Assembly: GCA_963703345.1 (NCBI GenBank)
Contig: OY969814.1
Location: 480,001-544,000 of the forward strand
Reading direction: 5' to 3'
Length of the DNA stretch: 64,000 nucleotides
Origin: an uncultured Chloroflexia bacterium
GTDB lineage: Bacteria > Chloroflexota > Dehalococcoidia > DSTF01 > JALHUB01
Positions 23,921 through 35,042 of the stretch are shown one piece after another. The translations under genes were made by a program, and so were the position numbers. The notes beneath the pieces are model-generated. The model searched no databases. It was not told the DNA's origin and was given only the letters and a program-made list of their open reading frames with translations. Numbering within the stretch: the stretch's first letter is position 1; every line of letters starts with the position of its first letter.

Positions 23921-24730
23921 CTAGATTATCTTCTGATCGCGCAGGCGTTGCGCCAGCTTCTGTGCGACCTCGTCGGGCGTCTCGCCCTCGACAACCTCGC
24001 ACTCGACTTCGCTGACCGGCTGGAAAAGCCGCTCCAGGTTGGCTCGAACGCCGGCCGCCCCGACCTTCGAGGCGTCAAGGCCGATGTCGCTCGCTCCCCA
24101 GACGGTGACCTGCTTGCGCGCGGCCATCATGATCTGCTGCAGCTTCGGGTATCGGGGCTCGCCCAGCTCGTTGCTGACGGTCACCAGCGCCGGCAGGGGC
24201 GCCTCGACAGTGTCATAGCCCTCCATCAGCACGCGCTCGACGACGACCTTGCCATCCTGGATGGTGACGGCCTTGGCGAGGCTGACGCTGGGCACGCTCA
24301 GAAGCTCGGCGATGCCGTATCCGACGACGCCCGCGTCCCAGTCGGTCGCCTGGCGACCGCAGATGATGAGATTGTAGTCGCCGACCTTCTCGATCGCCTT
24401 CGACAGCGCCAGCGCCGTGGTGTAGCTGTCGCCGTTGTCGAAAGCGCTGTCCGTGAGGAGCACTCCCTCGTCGGCGCCCATCGCCAGGCTGTGCTTGATA
24501 ACGTCGCGGGCGCCTTCCGGACCAAGGCTGATGACCGTAACCTTGGCGTCTCCGGCCGTATCCTTAATCCGTAGGGCCGCTTCGACTGCCAGCGCGTCGA
24601 ACTGGCTTATTACAGGCGTCACTCCCGCTGCCGTGACGACTTTCTTTGCCGCCTCGTCGACCCTGAACGATGATGCCGGGGCCTCCGGGTCTGGCACCTG
24701 TTTGACGCAAGTTATGATGTGCAAAGGCAT
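23921..24730 (-). CDS. etfB: Electron transfer flavoprotein beta subunit
   Basis: CVKQVPD, LAMGADE, CGRQATDWD, EPRYP. Confidence 0.96.
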   Translation of the reverse strand: MPLHIITCVKQVPDPEAPASSFRVDEAAKKVVTAAGVTPVISQFDALAVEAALRIKDTAGDAKVTVISLGPEGARDVIKHSLAMGADEGVLLTDSAFDNGDSYTTALALSKAIEKVGDYNLIICGRQATDWDAGVVGYGIAELLSVPSVSLAKAVTIQDGKVVVERVLMEGYDTVEAPLPALVTVSNELGEPRYPKLQQIMMAARKQVTVWGASDIGLDASKVGAAGVRANLERLFQPVSEVECEVVEGETPDEVAQKLAQRLRDQKII

Positions 24731-24806
24731 CTTTCTGCTTCCTCCTTATGTCCGCATCTTTCTTGTAGCTGTATGCTGGTCCCGGCCTTGCCGTGAACAG
24801 TCGTGA

Positions 24807-26885
24807 TTAGAGGCTGGCGCTCACCTCTTCGCCCTGGGTAGCCGCGGGCGGCGGCTCTGTGGCGCCACCTACGGCAGCTTCCAGCAGCTCGGCGACGTCC
24901 TGCGCCCGCATGCGCTTCTCTTCGTCGGGCTCCAGGGCTGGAATGCCGTCCTCGAACATCTGGATGCAGAACGGGCAGGCGGTAGCGACGATCTTGGCGC
25001 CGGTGCCCATCGCTTCCTCGGTGCGGGCGTGGTTGATGTGCCGTCCCTTGCTCTCCTCGACCCACATGTGGCCGCCGCCGGCGCCGCAGCAGAACGTTGT
25101 CTTGCGTGACCGCTCCATCTCCACCACGCGCGCCTGCGGGATGTTCTCCAGGATGCGCCTGGGCGCGCCCTCGATCTCGTTGTGACGCGCCAGGTAACAG
25201 GAGTCGTGGTAGACGATGGTCTCGGCGATGCCCTGCTTCGGCTGGAGCTTGCCTTCCTTGAGAAGCCGGTCGAGCAGCTCCGTGTGGTGCAGCACTTCGA
25301 ACTTGCCGTCGAACTGCGGGTACTCGTTGCGCATCGTGTTATAGCCGTGCGGGCAGGCGGTGACGATCTTCTTGACGCCCTTCGACTTCATGATCTCGAT
25401 CGCCTGCTGCGCCTGCATCTGGAAGAGGTACTCGTTGCCCAGACGCCGTGCGGGGTCGCCACAGCACGGCTCTTCCTCGCCGAGGACGCCGAAGCTGACG
25501 CCGGCCTGCAACAGCAGCCTGGCCAGCGACTGCGTGATAGGGACGTTGCGCTCGGAGAGGGAGCCGGAGCAGCCGACCCACAGCAGGTACTCCTGCGAGC
25601 CGTCGAAGAGGGGCACGTTCAGCCCCTGCATCCAGTCGGAGCGCGAGAACTGCGTGCCGCGCCAGGGGTGGCCGCGCTGCTCTATCTGCATCAGCGTCGC
25701 CTGCGCCGTCTCCGGCATGCGCGCCTCGTCCATGACGAGATAGCGGCGCACGTCCATAATTTCGGGCACGTGTTCGATGCAGACGGGGCACCAGTACATG
25801 CAGGAGCCGCAGGTGACGCAGTCCCAGATCGAATCGAATCCCATCGTGTCGACCAGGTTCAGCGGCTCACCCTCGGGCGCCGGCTTCCCCTTCAGCAGCG
25901 AGCCAAGGGTCGGCGTCTTCGAAAGGAGGGCCATGCGCCCGTGATGCTCGATATCCTTCGGAGAGAGTTCCTTGTCCGTGAGGTAGGCGGGGCAGTTCGA
26001 CTGGCAGCGACCGCATTCGGTGCAGGTCATGAAGTCGAGCAGCGACTTCCAGTTGAAGTCTGTCACCTTGCCGACGCCGAAGGTCGCGCCCTCCTCGGCG
26101 TTCTCCATCATCGCTTCGATGTTGATCGGCTGCAGCACGCCGGTGCGCTCGCGGCTGTGGAAGAAGACGTTGAAGGCCACCGTCAGCACGTGCGAGTGCT
26201 TGGAATAGGGCAGGTAGCAGAGGAATCCGAACAGGATGATGAGGTGCAGGTACCAGAAGGTGGCGTGCAGCATGCCGGTGGCGTTGTGGGACAGGCCGAT
26301 GCCGGTCCAGATACCCGAAACGCCGTAGGCGACGAACGACCAGGCTTCCTTCTTGGTCTCCAGGTCCAACTCGAAGCTGTTGGCGAGGATGTCGGTGACC
26401 ATCAGGAAAAAGATGAGGCCGATGATCCGCCAGGCGTCCAGGTTCAGCGTCAGGCGCTGTGGCTTGACGAAGAAGCGCTCGTAGGCGCCCATCGCCAGAC
26501 CGACCATGACCAGCACGTTGAACACGTCCATGACCGGCCGCCAGTAGTTGAATATGTCGCCGGGCAGATGCTGCAGGCTGAGCGGGTCGGCGACGCCGCT
26601 CAGCAGCAAGTTCAGGCTGCGAATCAGCAGGACAAGGAATCCCCAGAAGATAAGCGGATGCAGAATACCGGAATACCAATACTTCTGACGGAAAAACTTC
26701 GATTGCCCCACCATTATCAGCATGAAGTCGCTGATGCGCTGCGGCAGGTGGTCGAAGCGTGGCGCGCCCTTCGCCTGAAGGAACGGGATCAGCCGCGCCA
26801 CGATCGTCAGCACGAAAAAGGCGGAGAACCCAACGATTATGAGATAGAAGAAGATGTTCCCTGGTAACTCGTTTGAAGGTGCCAC
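24807..26885 (-). CDS. Membrane Fe-S oxidoreductase (FadF/EMO-type ETF:quinone oxidoreductase)
   Basis: N-terminal TM region with His residues (YLPYSKHSH), two CxxCxxCxxxCP motifs, two CCG domains, adjacent to etfBA. Confidence 0.88.
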   Translation of the reverse strand: MAPSNELPGNIFFYLIIVGFSAFFVLTIVARLIPFLQAKGAPRFDHLPQRISDFMLIMVGQSKFFRQKYWYSGILHPLIFWGFLVLLIRSLNLLLSGVADPLSLQHLPGDIFNYWRPVMDVFNVLVMVGLAMGAYERFFVKPQRLTLNLDAWRIIGLIFFLMVTDILANSFELDLETKKEAWSFVAYGVSGIWTGIGLSHNATGMLHATFWYLHLIILFGFLCYLPYSKHSHVLTVAFNVFFHSRERTGVLQPINIEAMMENAEEGATFGVGKVTDFNWKSLLDFMTCTECGRCQSNCPAYLTDKELSPKDIEHHGRMALLSKTPTLGSLLKGKPAPEGEPLNLVDTMGFDSIWDCVTCGSCMYWCPVCIEHVPEIMDVRRYLVMDEARMPETAQATLMQIEQRGHPWRGTQFSRSDWMQGLNVPLFDGSQEYLLWVGCSGSLSERNVPITQSLARLLLQAGVSFGVLGEEEPCCGDPARRLGNEYLFQMQAQQAIEIMKSKGVKKIVTACPHGYNTMRNEYPQFDGKFEVLHHTELLDRLLKEGKLQPKQGIAETIVYHDSCYLARHNEIEGAPRRILENIPQARVVEMERSRKTTFCCGAGGGHMWVEESKGRHINHARTEEAMGTGAKIVATACPFCIQMFEDGIPALEPDEEKRMRAQDVAELLEAAVGGATEPPPAATQGEEVSASL

Positions 26886-26941
26886 TGTGTGCCTCCTCTA
26901 AGCCACAGCGCCAGGACGCGACATCACCGCTGAACGGCGGT

Positions 26942-26959
26942 ATGTGCTTATCTTCACAG
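26942..26959. promoter_or_regulatory. Candidate Rex (or CRP-family) operator
   Basis: ATGTGCT-TATC-TTCACAG versus TTGTGAA-N4-TTCACAA, just downstream of a minus-strand TTGCTT-18 bp-TATGAT promoter. Confidence 0.45.
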
Positions 26960-27116
26960 TCGAACCCATCATAACCCTAGCTTCAAATAGGAAGCAACGC
27001 CCCTGCCACCGTGATCGGAGGGGCGAGCGAAATCGTAGCAAGCATCAAATATCAAGTCAACAATGCCCCCTAGCCGCTCATGGCCGCTATGCTATATTGA
27101 CAGCGAGGAAGCTGAG

Positions 27117-27875
27117 ATGGACCTCGGTCTGAAGGGCAAGGCGGCTATCGTCACGGGCTCAAGCCGCGGCATCGGCCGGGCGATAGCGCTTCAGCTCGCT
27201 GAGGAGGCCTGCAACGTCGTCCTGTGCGCCCGCGGCGAAGAGCGGCTGCGCGAGACCGAGGCTGAGGTGCGCGCGAAAGGCGTGGAGACGCTCGCCGTCG
27301 TAGCCGACGTGACGCGCAGCGACGATGTCACCAGGCTGGTCGACGAGACGCTTGACCGCTTCCGACGCATCGATGTTCTGGTGAACAACGCCGGCGGCGG
27401 CTTCCCGGGCGATGACGACGAGGCCTGGGAGAGGACCTATCGCGTCAACCTCATGGCCGCCGTCCTCGCCACGCGAGCCGTCATCTCGCAGATGCAGCGC
27501 CAGGGCGGCGGCAGCATCATTCACATCGCTTCCGTCTTCGGGCGGGAGTCAGGCGGACCGGCGACGTACAATGCGATGAAGGCGGCCCTCATAAGCCACG
27601 CCAAGGCGACGGCGCTGGCCTTCGCGAAGGACGGCATTCGCGCCAACTCTGTCGCGCCGGGCTCGATCATCTTTCCCGGCGGCTCCTGGCAACGCCGCGT
27701 CGACGCCGACCCGGAAGGGATGCGCGCCTTCGTGAACGCCAACATTCCTATGGGGCGCTTCGGCACGCCCGAGGAAGCGGCGGTTGTCGTCGCGTTTCTG
27801 GCTTCCGAGAGGGCGAGCTGGGTGACCGGCGCCTGCGTCAACGTCGACGGTGGCCAATCGCGGTCGAACATCTAG
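27117..27875 (+). CDS. Short-chain dehydrogenase/reductase
   Basis: TGSSRGIG, NNAG, YNAMK. Confidence 0.93.
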   Translation: MDLGLKGKAAIVTGSSRGIGRAIALQLAEEACNVVLCARGEERLRETEAEVRAKGVETLAVVADVTRSDDVTRLVDETLDRFRRIDVLVNNAGGGFPGDDDEAWERTYRVNLMAAVLATRAVISQMQRQGGGSIIHIASVFGRESGGPATYNAMKAALISHAKATALAFAKDGIRANSVAPGSIIFPGGSWQRRVDADPEGMRAFVNANIPMGRFGTPEEAAVVVAFLASERASWVTGACVNVDGGQSRSNI

Positions 27876-27887
27876 GAAGGCCTTTCA

Positions 27888-28556
27888 ATGACCGAACCGC
27901 CGCTCGGCGAGCTGCTGGTCGTGGAGCTCGGCCGGCAGGTCTCCGTGCGCTACTGCGGCCTGCTCTTTCGCTATCTCGGCGCGACAGTCTTGAGGGTCGA
28001 GCCGCCCGGCAGCGACGAGCCATCCAGCAATCTTAACGCCGGCAAGAAATCGATGACGCTGGACGTGGCGCGCGCCGAGAGTGCGGCGCTCCTCTGTCGC
28101 CTCGCCGGGCAGGCGGACGTGCTGGTCGTTGACGATGGGTTGCCGCCGGACCTCGACTACGCGGCGCTCAGCCGGCAAAACCCGCGCCTGATCCTGACGT
28201 GCGTCACGAACGCGCCGCCTTCCGATGATGGGCAGTGTTTTATCGGACTCAACGCTTTCGCGGCGACGCTGCTGCCGCTCATTACCATGTCGGTGCTGGG
28301 GCGTGGCCAGCGGATCGAGATCGACGGCGAGGAGTGCCTGGCCGCGGCGGCAATGATTGTCGACGACGGTGAGATGCGCCTTAAGCGAGTTGACGAGGAG
28401 CCGCCGGAAACGGTGTCGCTGCCTTTCCGCGTCGAAGGCCTGGCGTCGCTGGGGCCGGCGCCGCGCCCGGGCGAGCATAACGACGAAGTCTACGGCGAGC
28501 TTCTTGGCCTGACCGGCGAGGAGCTGGCGCGTCTGAGGGGGGAAGCGATTGTCTGA
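27888..28556 (+). CDS. Family III CoA-transferase-like protein, internally deleted
   Basis: PLGELLVVELG, LGATVLRVEPPG, LNAGKKS, NPRLI, APRPGEHNDEV. Only 222 aa. Confidence 0.75.
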   Translation: MTEPPLGELLVVELGRQVSVRYCGLLFRYLGATVLRVEPPGSDEPSSNLNAGKKSMTLDVARAESAALLCRLAGQADVLVVDDGLPPDLDYAALSRQNPRLILTCVTNAPPSDDGQCFIGLNAFAATLLPLITMSVLGRGQRIEIDGEECLAAAAMIVDDGEMRLKRVDEEPPETVSLPFRVEGLASLGPAPRPGEHNDEVYGELLGLTGEELARLRGEAIV

Positions 28557-29328
28557 GCCTTCGCCGATCTACCGCCTGCCGCTTGCCGCCTACCGCGTCC
28601 TCGATTTCGGCCCAGGTACGGCGGCCAGGTATGCCACGCGACTCCTCGGCGACGCGGGAGCAGAAGTCATCGCCGTCGAGCGCGAGATAGCGCCGCGGTC
28701 CAACGCGTTTCGACAGCTCAATCGCGACAAGCTGGGCTGCGCGCTCGATTTCGCGACGCCCCGGGGCGCGGAGCTCGTGCGCCGTGTGGTAGCAATCTGC
28801 GACGTCGTGGTTGAGGGTTTTGACGCACCGGAGCGCGAGCGCCTTGGTCTCGGCTATCACGCCTTGAGCGCGTTGCGGCCCGACATCGTCGTCGCGTCGA
28901 TCACCGGGACGGACGCAGACGGCGCAAACGCCACGTTTGCCGACATAGCTGCGGGGACGGCCGCGGCTGCCGCCGTATGCGTCGCCCTGCTCCACCTGCG
29001 CGACACCGGTGACGGACAGCACGTCGTCGTGGATGCCGCAGCCCTCGCCTCCGCGTTCGCGGCGCGCCTCCCTTCGCGCGAGCAGCTTCTCGCCGACTCC
29101 CGGCTGCGCGAGCGTCGCTTCTTCGAGCCTGTCTCCCATGTCGAAGGAGGCGTCATCGACATGCCGGCCCTTCCCTGGCGCCTGGGCATGACGCCCTGTC
29201 ACGTCCGCCTGCCCGCGCCGGAGCCGGGACAGCACAACCGTTACGTCCTCGCCAGCCTGCTCGGCCTCTCCGACGAAGAGATCGCGGCGCTCGAAGAAAA
29301 GGGGATTGTAGGAGCAGCGTCCGGCTAA
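28549..29328 (+). CDS. Family III CoA-transferase-like protein, internally deleted
   Basis: PLAAYRVLDF, LNRDK, FADIAAG, RDTGDGQHV, PAPEPGQHN. Only 259 aa. Confidence 0.78.
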   Translation: MSEPSPIYRLPLAAYRVLDFGPGTAARYATRLLGDAGAEVIAVEREIAPRSNAFRQLNRDKLGCALDFATPRGAELVRRVVAICDVVVEGFDAPERERLGLGYHALSALRPDIVVASITGTDADGANATFADIAAGTAAAAAVCVALLHLRDTGDGQHVVVDAAALASAFAARLPSREQLLADSRLRERRFFEPVSHVEGGVIDMPALPWRLGMTPCHVRLPAPEPGQHNRYVLASLLGLSDEEIAALEEKGIVGAASG

Positions 29329-30227
29329 GCGGCCGGCTTCTCGGCGATCATCCAGATGTGGTTGGTGAACAGCCGGTTCAGCGGCGGAAGGTAGCTGAAG
29401 GGGCGAAGATAGCGGACGCTGTCCAGGAGCATCAGTTCGATTGTCATCTGCCGCGACATGTAGGGGAGCTGGTTCGGTATCTCCCAGCGTTCCTTCTTGC
29501 GAATGCGGAAGCCGGCGTCGGTTAGGGAGCGCGCAAGCGCCGACTCGGTCTGCTCGTTGACGTGCACGCGCCGCTCATCCTCCGTCCGCGGGTACTGCCT
29601 TCCGACCGGCAGGCTTGGGCCGATGACGTAGCTGCCATAGTGAGCGAGGTCGGCGATGCGGCGGATCGCCAGGTGCACCCGGCGGACGTAGAGCGGGAAC
29701 GTCACATCGTAGAAGAGTCGGTTGGGGCTGGTGTGGACGATGAGCCTTCCGCCCGGCCGCAGCACGCGCCACGTCTCGCGCAGCGCCTCCGCCAGCTCCG
29801 GCGGGTACAGGTGCTCGACGATGTCGCTCATCAAGGCCGCGTCGAATGACCCATCATCGAAGGCCAGGGCGCGGGCGTTCATAAGGCGGACCTGCGCCCG
29901 CTCCAGCACCTCGGCCGGAGAGGTCGCGAGCGACTCCGCTGCTATGCGCACCGCCTCCTCAGCGTAGTCGATGCCGACCGCTTCCGCGCCGAGCATCGCG
30001 GCATGCAGCACCATCTCGCCGCGCCCGCAGCCGACGTCGAGGACGCGCTCGCCGGGCCGAATCTTCGCAAAGCGCAGCGCCTTCTGGAAGCGGCTGCTCA
30101 GCTTGCGGCCACCCGATTCGCGGAACTCCTTGTAGCCCTCGCAGGAGGCGAAGAAGTAGCGACTGTCGTAGGCGTCGGGAGCAACGCTTTCGCTTGCCTG
30201 CGACTCTTCGTCTTCCGCTTCGCTCAT
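29325..30227 (-). CDS. Class I SAM-dependent methyltransferase
   Basis: VLDVGCGRGE, DIVEHL, RVLRPGG. Confidence 0.88.
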   Translation of the reverse strand: MSEAEDEESQASESVAPDAYDSRYFFASCEGYKEFRESGGRKLSSRFQKALRFAKIRPGERVLDVGCGRGEMVLHAAMLGAEAVGIDYAEEAVRIAAESLATSPAEVLERAQVRLMNARALAFDDGSFDAALMSDIVEHLYPPELAEALRETWRVLRPGGRLIVHTSPNRLFYDVTFPLYVRRVHLAIRRIADLAHYGSYVIGPSLPVGRQYPRTEDERRVHVNEQTESALARSLTDAGFRIRKKERWEIPNQLPYMSRQMTIELMLLDSVRYLRPFSYLPPLNRLFTNHIWMIAEKPAA

Positions 30228-31045
30228 CGAACCTGGCCGCCGTCCTCGAGGAAGTCCGTGATCGTGGCCGCGAGCTCGTCCCGGTGGAGGTTGTAGTAGA
30301 AAGAGTCGGGCGCGACGACGAGCCGGGAGTTCGGGATCGTGTCGCGCAGCCGCTCGGCGGAGGCGACGGGATGGAGCTCGTCGTCGGGATGAGCGATAAG
30401 CAGCGACTCCGCCTGTATGCGCGAAAAGTCTTCCTCATCCAGCGCCGGCCCGCAGACGATGCCGCGGATCGCCGGCACCACGGCCTGCTGGTTCAGCGAT
30501 AGCAGCCACTGTCGCATGAACGAGAACATAACCGGCGCTGTCTTTTTGAGGTTGGCCCAGGGCGAGAGTTTGAGCACCGTCTCGACGGCTTTCTTCAGCC
30601 CCAGCCCTTCAATCAAGAGCGCCAGACCGCCGAACAGCGCCGCGCCCGGAGCGGACTGTTGCTGGCCGACCGGCGGCGGCGATTGCAGCACGATCTTGTT
30701 CACCATCTCCGGATGCCTGAGCGCGAAGACGAGCGCCGTGCCGCCGCCCATCGAACTGCCGCCGAGATGGGCCTGCTTAATGCCGAGATGATTGAATAGC
30801 CCCAGGAGGTCCGCCGCCAGCGATTCCCACTGATAGTCTAGGACGTCGGTGGTGAAGCCGGACTCGCCGTGACCGCGCGCATCGTAGGTCACGACGCTGA
30901 AGTGCTGGAACAGCGCGATCGGCACCTCGCCCAGGAGGTCCGCCATGATCATGCTGCTGAGGAGGCCGTGCGCTATGACCAGGGGCGGCCCGTTGCCTCG
31001 CACCTGGTAGTGCATCCGGAAGCCGTTCACGTTGGTGAAGGGCAT
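30224..31045 (-). CDS. Alpha/beta hydrolase
   Basis: AHG, YDARGHGES, GSSMGG nucleophile elbow. Confidence 0.9.
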   Translation of the reverse strand: MPFTNVNGFRMHYQVRGNGPPLVIAHGLLSSMIMADLLGEVPIALFQHFSVVTYDARGHGESGFTTDVLDYQWESLAADLLGLFNHLGIKQAHLGGSSMGGGTALVFALRHPEMVNKIVLQSPPPVGQQQSAPGAALFGGLALLIEGLGLKKAVETVLKLSPWANLKKTAPVMFSFMRQWLLSLNQQAVVPAIRGIVCGPALDEEDFSRIQAESLLIAHPDDELHPVASAERLRDTIPNSRLVVAPDSFYYNLHRDELAATITDFLEDGGQVR

Positions 31046-31055
31046 TCGCGGGCCT

Positions 31056-31820
31056 CTAGAGGTGCGAGAGCAAACCGCCGTCTACGAAGAGGGTCCGCCC
31101 TGTCAGATAGGCGGCGGAATCGGAGGCGACGTAGACTGCGAGAGGAGCGACCTCGTCCGCGCGGCCGGGTCGGCGCATGGGAATGTAGCGCAGGAGGCGA
31201 TTCGCCTGCGGGTCGGGATCGCCCAGGCCCGGCGTGTCCTCCAGCCAGGCCGGAGCGATGACGTTGACCGTTACGCCGGTCGCGGCCCACTCCTGAGCCA
31301 GCGCGCGCGTGAGGTTGAAGACACCGCCCTTGACGGCGCAGTACGCGGAGCAGTTCGGCAGGCCTCTCTCGCCGAGGCCGGAAGCGACGTTGATGATCCG
31401 TCCGTAGCCCTGCTTAGCCATCCGAGGGCCGACGGCGCGGCAGGCGAAAAAGACGCTGCTCAAATTGACTGCGAAGACTTTCTCCCACTCGGCATCAGAG
31501 ATAGCCTCCGCCGGCTTGGCGAGGAAAAGATCGGGGCAGGTCACGAGAATGTCCAGGCGTCCCATGCGCTGGATGGCCTCGTCAACTGCTTCGTTCACTT
31601 GTGCTGCCGACGTCGCGTCTATCGAGCGTGATGCCGAGGGCCCAAGCAGGCGAGCAGTCTCTTCCGCAGCGCCGGTGTCCGCTGCGTCCTTCCGAGTCGA
31701 CGTAACAGCGACTTCCGCGCCCGCCTCTTTCAGCGCCAGGGCGATGGCGCGTCCAACGCTGGACCCCGCACCGATGAGCAGCGCTTTCTTCCCGCTTAGA
31801 TCGAATCCTTCAAACGGCAT
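31056..31820 (-). CDS. Short-chain dehydrogenase/reductase
   Basis: DLSGKKALLIGAGSSVG, YCAVK, VNVIAP. Confidence 0.88.
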   Translation of the reverse strand: MPFEGFDLSGKKALLIGAGSSVGRAIALALKEAGAEVAVTSTRKDAADTGAAEETARLLGPSASRSIDATSAAQVNEAVDEAIQRMGRLDILVTCPDLFLAKPAEAISDAEWEKVFAVNLSSVFFACRAVGPRMAKQGYGRIINVASGLGERGLPNCSAYCAVKGGVFNLTRALAQEWAATGVTVNVIAPAWLEDTPGLGDPDPQANRLLRYIPMRRPGRADEVAPLAVYVASDSAAYLTGRTLFVDGGLLSHL

Positions 31821-31961
31821 GGTTCTCCTCCAAGCGTGCTGCGCGCCATGATAACATAGGGCCTCTGTTCAGGGCGAATAGCCCGAAGGACGGCGAGCGC
31901 GATGCTCCGGCCGTGGTCGGGAGAGGTTCAATCTCTTCTGAGCTGCTCAGCGGCGAGGCCG

Positions 31962-33854
<1,893 letters not shown>

Positions 33855-34082
33855 GATGGCTCCCTCCGGTCTGGAGATGTATCTTGGCTCACCGGCTCAT
33901 CTTGAGCCTGGTGCCACACCTTCACGACAAGCTGAGGGTTTCAACCCTCAGAATTGTTCAAAACTCCCAAGTGATTCCAATTCCTGTGTGCTCGCTCGCT
34001 GCGCCCGGACGATGCGTCTAGTTCAATAATACCGCTCATCGGCCAAGAAGCGAGCGTCGTTGTCCTCCCAAGTGACGCTTGT

Positions 34083-34169
34083 TCTTCCCACCCGGCCCGC
34101 CCAGAAGGGCTTTTCTGGGGGACACCCCCAGGGCCCCTGCCAGAGGGGGAGACCCCTCTGGACTCCCTA
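34083..34169. repeat. Dispersed hairpin repeat, copy 1
   Basis: TCTTCCCACCCGGCCCGCCC...CTGGGGGACACCCCCAG...CCAGAGGGGGAGACCCCTCTGGACTCCCTA. Similar to 46091-46177 (inverted) and 57611-57678. Confidence 0.8.
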
Positions 34170-34421
34170 TTCCGCGGCTCTCACTCCTCGACCTCGGAGT
34201 TCGTAGAGTTCGCGAATCGCCTGTTTCCATTGCTCGTTGGCCTTATCGCGCTCGTCAACGGCTTCGTTGAAGGGGCCCGGCGAATCATTTATGAAGGGAC
34301 CCCGGGGCACACGAGTCTGTACAGGATAGGCGAGTCTTCTCACTTCTCCATCCAAACGCTCGAACTCTCGGCGGGCCTGCTCTTCTCTCTGAGTCAGTTC
34401 TTTTTCGCGCTCGTGCATCAT
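34167..34421 (-). CDS. Small hypothetical coiled-coil protein between grpE and dnaK
   Basis: ATG overlaps the grpE stop. Charged helical sequence with an SD-like AAGGTG upstream. Confidence 0.55.
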   Translation of the reverse strand: MMHEREKELTQREEQARREFERLDGEVRRLAYPVQTRVPRGPFINDSPGPFNEAVDERDKANEQWKQAIRELYELRGRGVRAAE

Positions 34422-35014
34422 TCACCTTTGACTTCCCGTTCGCCGTCCTTCGCGCCGCGGCCGACGACGACCATCGCCGGACGCAGCACGCGGTCGCCGA
34501 GCATGTACCCCTTCTGCACCTCGGCGACCACCTTGCCCTCCTCGCCTTCGCCGAACATCGTCGCCTCGTGGTAGCGCGGGTCGAAGTCCTGGCCCTCCGT
34601 CTGGATCTCCTTCAGGCCGCTCGCCTCCAGCACGGCCAGGAACTTGCGATAGATCAGGCGGATGCCGTCTACCCAGGTCAAGCCGGCGAGATGGGCATCG
34701 ACGTTGCGGAGGGCGCGCTCCAGGTCGTCGAGAATCGGCAGGATGTTGATGATGAGCGACGCGTTGGCGAACAGCGCCACCTCCTGGCGCTCCTGCTCCG
34801 TGCGACGCTTGTAGTTCTGGAAGTCGGCGGCCGTGCGCTGCCAGCTCGCCAGACAGCTTTCCGTCTTCTTCTTTTCTTCTTCTAGCTGCGCCTTCAGCGT
34901 CGTCACGTCCTCCGGCGGCGCGGACGCGGCGTGCTCGCCGTGGTGTTTGCCGCCGGTGGAGCTGCGTTTGTCGATGTGAGACGGGTGCTGCTTGTCTTGC
35001 TCTTGCTCGGACAT
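34418..35014 (-). CDS. grpE: Nucleotide exchange factor GrpE
   Basis: ADFQNYKRR, LPILDDLERAL, FDPRYHEA, QKGY.LGDRVLRPAMVVV. Confidence 0.97.
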   Translation of the reverse strand: MSEQEQDKQHPSHIDKRSSTGGKHHGEHAASAPPEDVTTLKAQLEEEKKKTESCLASWQRTAADFQNYKRRTEQERQEVALFANASLIINILPILDDLERALRNVDAHLAGLTWVDGIRLIYRKFLAVLEASGLKEIQTEGQDFDPRYHEATMFGEGEEGKVVAEVQKGYMLGDRVLRPAMVVVGRGAKDGEREVKGE

Positions 35015-35042
35015 CCTTGTCTCCGCGCCTTCAGGCTGGCGC

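Noticed and set aside
33880-33920. HspR HAIR-like site upstream of dnaK
   Set aside because: CTTGAG is present but the spacing and second half do not fit CTTGAGT-N7-ACTCAAG.
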